Shown piece by piece: positions 1 to 8,115 of a stretch of DNA of 43,320 nucleotides. Each line of letters starts with the position of its first letter. Within the stretch, counting starts at the first letter, position 1. The notes beneath the pieces are model-generated. The model was not told where the DNA came from and did not search any database. It worked only from the letters and a program-made list of their open reading frames with translations. Origin of the DNA: Hydrurus foetidus (Eukaryota). The DNA lies in NCBI GenBank assembly GCA_900617105.1, contig UYFQ01000717.1:1-43320 (forward strand). Reading direction: 5' to 3'. The position numbers and the translations under genes were made by a program.

Positions 1-706
1 TCATACCCAATTTCTTTATACTCTGTATCCTATCCTTAATACTTATAATGGATAATAACAAGTTTACAACAAAAATCATTGTGAGATATTTGTCCGTATA
101 AAATCTGTCACTTCGGTCTCTTAAATTTAAAGTATTTCAACTTAATTTTTTCATACCCAATTTCTTTATACTCTGTATCCTATCCTTAATACTTATAATG
201 GATAATAACAAGTTTACAACAAAAAATCATTGTCAGATATTTGTCCTTATAAAATCTGTCACTTCGGTCTCTTAAATCTATTGAAGTTATTTTTCGTACC
301 CAATTTCTTTATACTCTGTATCCTATCCTTAATACTTATAATGGATAATAACAAGTTTACAACAAAAAATCATTGTCAGATATTTGTCCGTATAAAATCT
401 GTCACTTCGGTCTCTTAAATTTATTGAAGTTATTTTTTCATACCCAATTTCTTTATACTCTGTATCCTATCCTTAATACTTATAATGGATAATAACAAGT
501 TTACAACAAAAAATCATTGTGAGATATTTGTCCGTATAAAATCTGTCACTTCGGTCTCTTAAATTTATTGAAGTTATTTTTTCATACCCAATTTCTTTAT
601 ACTCTGTATCCTATCCTTAATACTTATAATGGATAATAACAAGTTTACAACAAAAAATCATTGTGAGATATTTGTCCGTATAAAATCTGTCACTTCGGTC
701 TCTTAA
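1..706. repeat. Satellite array, left segment (~5 monomers of 144 bp; first monomer is a 150-bp variant)
   Basis: Tandem copies of CATACCCAATTTCTTTATACTCTGTATCCTATCC...CACTTCGGTCTCTTAAATTTATTGAAGTTATTTTTT. Interrupted at 706 by an LTR and continues beyond the window start. Confidence 0.97.
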
Positions 707-1109
707 TGTCATGCGATTGTAATTCATTGATATAGTATACGGATATAGTATGTACGTATAGTAGCCGTTACGTAAAAAGATACATTGAAGTATGATTTCA
801 GATAGGTCCAGGATCCCACAATTCAAAAATAATTATTTTGAATATCCAACACCCAACCGGCAATCCGATACCCTCCGTTGGTCTCCGCAGTGAGAAATGA
901 CATCATTTCATGATCTTCTCAACTGCTAGGTTATCCACGTGAATTCTTGCAGAATAGCTTTGTTGTTTCCTTTTGCCTGTCAGTAATCTAATCAAGCATA
1001 GTCTACAGAATTGTCGCCGGACAATATTCTTTATTTGACTGAGAGCTCTGCCTGCAGCAGACGATCTACCTGAGTGTCAGCGACATCAGGTAATGCAACC
1101 CATATGACA
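707..1109 (+). repeat. 5' LTR of Copia-A (403 bp)
   Basis: Direct repeat of 7714-8115. By eye the copies differ by one 1-bp indel (GAATATCC vs GAAATCC) and one substitution (ACCTGAG vs ACCAGAG). Confidence 0.96.
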
Positions 1110-1120
1110 TGGTAGCGATT
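1110..1120 (+). promoter_or_regulatory. Primer binding site, probably for initiator tRNA-Met
   Basis: TGGTAGCGATT immediately follows the 5' LTR. The first 8 nt match the yeast Ty1 iMet PBS (TGGTAGCG). Confidence 0.7.
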
Positions 1121-1241
1121 GAGTAGTCAAATAACCGATACAGAAGCTGTAACTATTTGAATATTCTCGCCCGAATCACTCAACGGCTTCGTCTAACTCG
1201 TCTTATCTGAAAACTCGACTCATCAGCCTCGACGAAACGAC

Positions 1242-4200
1242 ATGACCGAATCAGAGGAAAAATTGGCATCTATGAAGCAAGCAGGCTTCACAAGACCAGC
1301 CACGACACGCAGCTCATCCGCTCTCGGTGGGTTGCGTCTTCCTACGACGACCGTAAGATCGCCACTTACGCCGCCGTCACTTCGAAAAGAAGCTGTCGAG
1401 ACATCTGCATATGATGTCCGATTGAAGGACCTTGTCGTCAAAGACATCGAGAGAATGGAAAGGCAGGCCTCATCACCGATTCCTTCCAACTACAGGAGGT
1501 CTGAGGAGGCTTCTCCGCCTGTTAAGGGAGCGCCAATCATCGGCCATCCTCCCATCCACTACTCAAATTATCAGAAGACCTCGCAAGCCGATTTTGACGC
1601 TATGAAAGCTGTTGCAATCACCAGCGAGAACCTTCACAAGAGCCATGAGACGTTCAGGACAGCTGAATCCATCTTCAGCATGAACAACTTGCTCACTCTC
1701 ATGAACGGCGTGCGCCAACAACCGGAGCCATCACCTTCGAACCCAACGGGATATCGATTGCCATATGTCGTCACATATAAGGGCATCGAATACCGACTCT
1801 CCGCTGATGACGTTGGGAAGTTCGACCACGACTTCTCAAGATGTTTCCCGCTCTTATTCTACCTTTGCCACCGGTCTATCTACTATCTTGCCCAAGAGGG
1901 ATTCCTGAATCAGAACCCAAATCTGATTTACGCCGCTCTCAAAGAGTATTTTAGTGGTCACGCCGGCAAAGATATGATCAGAATCAACCGTCTGATCAAC
2001 GAGTTCAAAGTCGATAACAGCGTTCCAATACAGAAGGATGTTATCAGATTGGACAACTATTACCGCGAACTGGACGCCGCCATGGAAAAGACGATGCATG
2101 AGGAGCTCAAGATGGCACAACTCATGTCACTATTTCAGTTTGACAAGCGACCAGGAGTGGAAGCATGCATGGCCCAGATTTCATTTTGCAACTTCGGATA
2201 TGGCCAAGCCATCATTGCCATCATGGAACTCGCCAACGCCATCGACTCAACCCACACGCGCCATCAGATGAAGACACTTACCGCGACGGACAAGAAGACA
2301 GAACTTTGCCGTGGCTTTGCCGCCGGGAAGTGCAAATTTGGAGATAAATGCAAGTACCTTCATAGGGGACCATCACCCGCCACTGCCAGTACTCCACCAC
2401 CACCTTCAAAACCTACTTCCACCGACAAACCTGCACCAAAAGCAAAGAAGAATCCGCCATCTTACATCACCGCCATGCACCGGGAGCTAGTCGGACCACC
2501 CATGGGCCGACCACGTGAAGGGAACCCTATAGGGTACTCCCGCAAGCAGATGTACGCGCTAAACGTGCTTACAAGAAACTCCGACACTCCATCCAACAAT
2601 GGAAGCACAGGGGATAATTGGCGCGATGGCTCAATTCTAGCGGCAGCACAGGGTGGGTCTACAGCAGGACAGAAGCGCGGACACATGAACATGCTTCGAG
2701 TCAACACCGAGACCGACGATGAAGGGGATGCCATCCCACCCCTCATTGATAATGCCACAGGCATCATTGTACCACGCACACTTGATGCAGCGCCTTCAAC
2801 ACCTGTTCGCGCACCTCGTCGCATCGACACAGATCTCGATGAGCAGCCCGACCTACACTCACCTGCTGCATCAGCTATCCGGGTACCAAGTGTACGTGAC
2901 CCTCCACCTCGAGCACTCCAGCTTACCACGACGACTCACACACTCCTCTTACGTATGATAAACCAGTATAACACTACTATTCAAGACCCCGACGACTTAG
3001 GAGATATATCCGACTACCGTCAATTTATATCCTCCTCACGTGATGCTAAGAATGGCACACCAATTCTTACCATCTTCGGCTGGCTTGACCGGAGCCGTTC
3101 ATTCCATCATTCTAATGTGCGTGCAGACATCCGGGGAGCGTCACTACCACTTATGCACGTGATCTACACAATTGGACGCCACTACCTCGATGCTGAAGTC
3201 ACCTACATGATTCCAGATCCTGTATGGGAAGCCCGCGCGTTTATGACGTTTGATCCCGTAGACACGGCATACCATAAGCCGGGTGAAGAAGGCTCATATG
3301 TATCTAGTATAACTAACATACAAGTGTACGGTGCCACATATGCAAATATTCTCAGGAAACAAATACCAGAGTCTATTAAAATGTATTATGTCCTCGCCCT
3401 CATCTTTGACTTTATGGCATTCACAGCTCAGACAATGCGTACACTCATAGGACATCGTGAAGGTACTGCCAACAACCTAGCCGGACTACGCGATCTAATG
3501 AAAGACTCTCTCCATCAGATCTATACCGACAAGTTTGACCGCTCAGAACCACACCTTCATCTGTTTGAAGTGTTTCAAGCCATCATCACAGAGATTTGTC
3601 CTATCCCATATCAGTTCGCAGATGAACTACCTACACCGGACACTCGCGCCCAAAAGTTCACTACACCTCGGACGCACCATCGATACACACGTCCCCCCCT
3701 GCTATCTCCTCAGATTCAGTACGCCGACGTACCTTCAACAACCTTTCAGCGATATGTTCCAGAAGAGGACATAGAGGATCTCGTACCCGAGAACCTACCA
3801 GTACTACAAATTGGCGAACCTCAAGTGGAGGGTGTAGAATATCGGCTAGAGCCATTCTTGGTTCGCCATCATGGACCTTCTCCATACACCTACCCCCCGG
3901 TATCCTCGACTGCATTGTCGCAATCTTCCTCATTTGTCGCATCTACCTCTGCTACTACCCATGCACCTCGTGATACCGCTTTCGGTCCACCTATTGCAGA
4001 CACTACAGATGGTTATGCTGACGACGCCTTAAGGCCAATATCAATATCATCGTTACCGATCCGCCCACCAACGCCTCCAAAACGCAAACATGATGAGATA
4101 TCTGAAGACCACAGCGCCAACCTTGTCATTGAGACACACACTCTCAATGCCCTCTCCAACACCTCTCAGGTTATTTTCGACTCAGGATGCTCCATCACTG

Positions 4201-4544
4201 GCACCTCCCATGTGTCTAACCTACATGATGTTACTGAGTGCGGTACTTTATCTGTCCAAGGTGCATTCGGACCTTCCATCCAGCCATCCAAACGTGGCAA
4301 ACTTGGCCCTTTAGGACTCGACGCCATCGTCATTGACGGTATGGGACATCAGACCCTAGTCTCCCTATCCCAATACTGCCAAGGTGGCGACTCTGGAATA
4401 CCACACGTTGGTGTCTTCACCGGCACAGACTTCCGCATGTTTGAACTCGCGTCCACCTTACCCGCTATAAAACTATTCTCCGAGATTGGTATCGAGACCA
4501 CTCGTGGAACTGTCAAAGGCGGCATCTACATTGAGGACCCGTAG
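1242..4544 (+). CDS. gag: Copia-A Gag-protease ORF (1100 aa): Gag, CCCH zinc finger, unknown domain, aspartic protease; ends in TAG in frame with pol
   Basis: C-x7-C-x5-C-x3-H motif CRGFAAGKCKFGDKCKYLH at 2307-2363. Protease motif VIFDSGCS with catalytic Asp at 4179. Confidence 0.88.
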   Translation: MTESEEKLASMKQAGFTRPATTRSSSALGGLRLPTTTVRSPLTPPSLRKEAVETSAYDVRLKDLVVKDIERMERQASSPIPSNYRRSEEASPPVKGAPIIGHPPIHYSNYQKTSQADFDAMKAVAITSENLHKSHETFRTAESIFSMNNLLTLMNGVRQQPEPSPSNPTGYRLPYVVTYKGIEYRLSADDVGKFDHDFSRCFPLLFYLCHRSIYYLAQEGFLNQNPNLIYAALKEYFSGHAGKDMIRINRLINEFKVDNSVPIQKDVIRLDNYYRELDAAMEKTMHEELKMAQLMSLFQFDKRPGVEACMAQISFCNFGYGQAIIAIMELANAIDSTHTRHQMKTLTATDKKTELCRGFAAGKCKFGDKCKYLHRGPSPATASTPPPPSKPTSTDKPAPKAKKNPPSYITAMHRELVGPPMGRPREGNPIGYSRKQMYALNVLTRNSDTPSNNGSTGDNWRDGSILAAAQGGSTAGQKRGHMNMLRVNTETDDEGDAIPPLIDNATGIIVPRTLDAAPSTPVRAPRRIDTDLDEQPDLHSPAASAIRVPSVRDPPPRALQLTTTTHTLLLRMINQYNTTIQDPDDLGDISDYRQFISSSRDAKNGTPILTIFGWLDRSRSFHHSNVRADIRGASLPLMHVIYTIGRHYLDAEVTYMIPDPVWEARAFMTFDPVDTAYHKPGEEGSYVSSITNIQVYGATYANILRKQIPESIKMYYVLALIFDFMAFTAQTMRTLIGHREGTANNLAGLRDLMKDSLHQIYTDKFDRSEPHLHLFEVFQAIITEICPIPYQFADELPTPDTRAQKFTTPRTHHRYTRPPLLSPQIQYADVPSTTFQRYVPEEDIEDLVPENLPVLQIGEPQVEGVEYRLEPFLVRHHGPSPYTYPPVSSTALSQSSSFVASTSATTHAPRDTAFGPPIADTTDGYADDALRPISISSLPIRPPTPPKRKHDEISEDHSANLVIETHTLNALSNTSQVIFDSGCSITGTSHVSNLHDVTECGTLSVQGAFGPSIQPSKRGKLGPLGLDAIVIDGMGHQTLVSLSQYCQGGDSGIPHVGVFTGTDFRMFELASTLPAIKLFSEIGIETTRGTVKGGIYIEDP

Positions 4545-7433
4545 GTCCAACCGAGGGCTGACTTGTTGGTCACGAGTCACTCTGTCCCCTCCTTATATGA
4601 CCACGTCCACTCTGTACTAGGACATCCCGGCTACGCTGGCATGGCATGGCATCAGAAAAATACCGTAAACGCCGCATACACCTTCCGTGATGCATCGGCC
4701 TCTCGTCCCGTGTGCGCTTCCTGTGTTTACGGAGGCATGAGACAAACCAATACCGATCACCGTCGTCAACATCGCGAACAACCTACTGTCGCCGGACAGC
4801 AGTTTTCGCTTGATGCATATACACATACTTCTTTATCTTATCGTAGATCTAAGTATTGTGATTTATTGACTGACATAGCCACAGGGCAAATTTTCCCACT
4901 ATTCACTAAAGATCGTTCTTCAGAAGATATTTGTCATCAATTGACCATATTTCTTGTTGCCCATCCATGGTGGAAAGACCCTGCCACACCATGTGACCGT
5001 TTTATCAGAGTTGATTCTGAGAAAAGTTACCGGTCCGAGGAATTCACTGCATGTGCATCTGCATTTGGGTACCGTATAGAACGCACCCCAGCCCGCGATA
5101 AACATGCTAATGGAATTGCTGAACGAACAGTTCAGACAATAGAGACAAAGACAAACATTGCAATGCTCGCACCAACACCACCTGTTCCACAGAAGTATTG
5201 GGATCTTGCAATGGCATATGCTTGCGTTACCCACTCGTTCAACTATAACCACCGGATTAACACCTCGCCGTATCACTTCAATACGGGGAGTCACGTCGAT
5301 GTTAAAGAGCTTCACCCCTTCTGGTCTCGCTGTTACGTCCACACTCCTAGTCAAGATCGAACAAGTAAAATTGGATGCGCTCGAGCATATAATGCACATT
5401 TCGTTGGGTACGATTTTACATCTACACTCACACGAACATATTTTGTTATAGAGATTAATTCGAACGGTACCTACGGCAAAGTGCGCAGCAGCAAAGATGT
5501 TATATTCGACCAGTCAATTAACTTCCCTTCCGTCATTCCCGATACTGCACCACCCGTCCCTTCGACGCACTCATCTCAGATCGTACCTACTGTTGAGCAT
5601 ACAGACACCCCTGTTCCTGCACCAGTCGTACATGATACACACTCAGGTGTACAACGTGTTGACACACCACCTACAATCAATCCGCCGATACAAGAGTGGA
5701 AAGCACCATCAAACTCACTTGTTAATTTTACAGAACCAGATTTACCAGTCTACTGGTATAATTTTCAAACAGAAAACTCGGAGTACCCCTTGTCAATGGT
5801 GGAATCGAACCATTACCTATTGACAACTCAAATTAAAGACCCATCCATCCCTAAAACGTTCTACCAAGCAATTAAGGATCCAGACTGGGCTACTGCAGTG
5901 AATACAGAGCGATCTAAGTTTGAATTAAACAATTGCCTCGCTGAAGTACCTGATACAGGACAACACCTCGTACCTATGATGTGGCTATTTAGTGTCAAAA
6001 CAGACGGAACTAAGAAAGCACGCCTAGTCGGACGGGGTGATATGATGATACCATGGATTGACTTTGACCCCAATGCTGTATATTGCGGTAATGTCTCCGC
6101 CAGCTCCATCAAGATTGCATTAGTCATTGCGGCCATTTACAAGCTTGAAATGCGGGGAGGTGATCTCGTCGGAGCATACCTCGTAACATTAGCCAACCCA
6201 GACTTTCCAGTTTTTATCAAAACACCTCAAGGATACAAAATAAGACCAGGGTATGTTATACAAGCTATCGGAAATTTATACGGTTTTCCACCATCCGGTC
6301 AAAACTTCTCTAAAGCGTTCGATATATGTGTCCGAGAATGCGGATACATTAATACACCTTGGGACCTTAAATTATTCTACAAATGGAAAAAGAATAAACC
6401 TATAATCATAATTGCGCACAGCGATGATTTTAGATGGTTTGGGTCAAAAGAAAATCTTGAAGAATGGGACATACTCATCAAAACATTCAACAAGTATAAA
6501 TATGAAGTAACTGATGCAACAAGTAAAGAATTTGTTGGTATCCATATTTATCACGATGAGGAATACAACTACTATATGGATCAAACCCGTATGATAACAT
6601 CAATAGTAGCAGATGCAAATATGACTGGTGCACCTGACGCAAAACTTCCATATCCTACTGATGGACCGAATCTTTCAAAACAAGACTGTCCAACAGAAGA
6701 TCAAAAAGTAGAATGTTCAAAATATCCATATCGCAAAGTTGTTGGTCAACTCATGTACGGTATGGTACATACTATGGTTACAATCATGTATGCACTGAAT
6801 ATTCTATCTCGATACGGAATCAATCCAGGTCCAAGACACATTGTATTTCTCAAACACCTTGTACGTTACGCCAAACACTCTAAAGATGATCGACTCAAGT
6901 TCAGCACCCACAACGGACCCACAGACATAAACACTATGACAGAGCTTATGCAGCTGTCGTTCCAATGCGATGCAGACCTTGGAGGAAATCTCGACAATGG
7001 ACATTCGCAAACAAGTTATTTAGGATATCTAGCAGGATCACTTATATGTTGGTGTAGTACCGACCAAGGCAGCGTATCTACTTCTACTGCTGAATCGGAA
7101 ATTAAGGCAGTTAACCATACTCTCAAGTGTGAAGTAATAGCAAATCGTGGTATACTTAACCAAATGGGTTGGAAACAAAATCCAACCATAATTGAAGAAG
7201 ATAATAGTGCATGTGTTACTTCCTCACAAGTAACCCATATAACACGTGGTTTAAGGCACTTGGACCTTGCTCAGTTTTGGATCAAAGAAAAAGTTGCTGA
7301 TGGGACTTGCGTTGTTATTAAGGTAGCTTCAAAGGATAATAATGCTGATATTGGAACAAAACGATTACTTTTACCATTATTTAATGCATTATCTTATAAG
7401 TTAGTTGATAAAACACTTCGTAAAAATCTTTAA
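4545..7433 (+). CDS. pol: Copia-A Pol (integrase, reverse transcriptase, RNase H), continuing the ORF1 frame after the TAG
   Basis: HHCC motif (HSVLGH...CASC), integrase core (FSLDAY / RVDSE / NGIAER), RT (KARLVGRG, DLVGAYL, LYGFPPSG, AHSDD), RNase H (CDADLGG, STAESE, EEDNSA, ADIGTK). There is no early ATG, and 4545-4562 is open in frame. Confidence 0.92.
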   Translation, partial: VQPRADLLVTSHSVPSLYDHVHSVLGHPGYAGMAWHQKNTVNAAYTFRDASASRPVCASCVYGGMRQTNTDHRRQHREQPTVAGQQFSLDAYTHTSLSYRRSKYCDLLTDIATGQIFPLFTKDRSSEDICHQLTIFLVAHPWWKDPATPCDRFIRVDSEKSYRSEEFTACASAFGYRIERTPARDKHANGIAERTVQTIETKTNIAMLAPTPPVPQKYWDLAMAYACVTHSFNYNHRINTSPYHFNTGSHVDVKELHPFWSRCYVHTPSQDRTSKIGCARAYNAHFVGYDFTSTLTRTYFVIEINSNGTYGKVRSSKDVIFDQSINFPSVIPDTAPPVPSTHSSQIVPTVEHTDTPVPAPVVHDTHSGVQRVDTPPTINPPIQEWKAPSNSLVNFTEPDLPVYWYNFQTENSEYPLSMVESNHYLLTTQIKDPSIPKTFYQAIKDPDWATAVNTERSKFELNNCLAEVPDTGQHLVPMMWLFSVKTDGTKKARLVGRGDMMIPWIDFDPNAVYCGNVSASSIKIALVIAAIYKLEMRGGDLVGAYLVTLANPDFPVFIKTPQGYKIRPGYVIQAIGNLYGFPPSGQNFSKAFDICVRECGYINTPWDLKLFYKWKKNKPIIIIAHSDDFRWFGSKENLEEWDILIKTFNKYKYEVTDATSKEFVGIHIYHDEEYNYYMDQTRMITSIVADANMTGAPDAKLPYPTDGPNLSKQDCPTEDQKVECSKYPYRKVVGQLMYGMVHTMVTIMYALNILSRYGINPGPRHIVFLKHLVRYAKHSKDDRLKFSTHNGPTDINTMTELMQLSFQCDADLGGNLDNGHSQTSYLGYLAGSLICWCSTDQGSVSTSTAESEIKAVNHTLKCEVIANRGILNQMGWKQNPTIIEEDNSACVTSSQVTHITRGLRHLDLAQFWIKEKVADGTCVVIKVASKDNNADIGTKRLLLPLFNALSYKLVDKTLRKNL

Positions 7434-7499
7434 TTAATATATTAAATATAATAATAAATTTTAATAATTATATAATAATATTTAAAATGGACGCATTAT

Positions 7500-7660
7500 C
7501 AAATATCAATATTATAAAATTATTCTTATAAAATATTATTTAGCATCAAAAATAATTATTTTCCATCTAATAAAATTATTTAGCATCTAATTTATTTTTT
7601 TATCATCAAATATCTTATTTAGCATCTAATTTATTTATATATCAGAATTTTCACAATTAA
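7500..7660 (+). repeat. AT-rich 3' UTR of Copia-A with short degenerate tandem repeats
   Basis: TTATTTAGCATC recurs at about 7536, 7576 and 7616 (40-bp spacing) with degenerate half-units between. Confidence 0.6.
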
Positions 7661-7713
7661 CTCTATTTTTCGATAATTTAGTGTAGCATATACCATATCC
7701 TAACTACGGGGAG

Positions 7714-8115
7714 TGTCATGCGATTGTAATTCATTGATATAGTATACGGATATAGTATGTACGTATAGTAGCCGTTACGTAAAAAGATACATTGAAGTAT
7801 GATTTCAGATAGGTCCAGGATCCCACAATTCAAAAATAATTATTTTGAAATCCAACACCCAACCGGCAATCCGATACCCTCCGTTGGTCTCCGCAGTGAG
7901 AAATGACATCATTTCATGATCTTCTCAACTGCTAGGTTATCCACGTGAATTCTTGCAGAATAGCTTTGTTGTTTCCTTTTGCCTGTCAGTAATCTAATCA
8001 AGCATAGTCTACAGAATTGTCGCCGGACAATATTCTTTATTTGACTGAGAGCTCTGCCTGCAGCAGACGATCTACCAGAGTGTCAGCGACATCAGGTAAT
8101 GCAACCCATATGACA
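7714..8115 (+). repeat. 3' LTR of Copia-A (402 bp), preceded by a short PPT GGGGAG (7708-7713)
   Basis: Direct repeat of 707-1109, followed by TSD CTTAA. Confidence 0.96.

Larger units (their letters stand above)
707..8115 (+). mobile_element. Full-length Ty1/Copia LTR retrotransposon (Copia-A) inserted in the satellite
   Basis: Near-identical LTRs 707-1109 and 7714-8115 with TGTCAT...ATGACA termini. 5-bp TSD CTTAA at 702-706 and 8116-8120. Domain order PR-IN-RT-RH. Confidence 0.97.

Noticed and set aside
230..826. Small ORFs in the satellite (230-418, 617-826, also 12664-12852)
   Set aside because: Chance frames with non-ATG starts that depend on homopolymer length variants.
4542..4544. 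Genome-wide reassignment of TAG to a sense codon
   Set aside because: Other long ORFs have no internal TAG, and both Harbinger genes terminate at TAG.
1223..6136. Antisense and alternate-frame ORFs overlapping the retrotransposon genes
   Set aside because: Shadow ORFs of long coding regions, with no motif support.
4563..7433. Independent pol gene starting at TTG 4563
   Set aside because: Eukaryotic context and the same frame as ORF1, so it is better explained as a continuation past the TAG.
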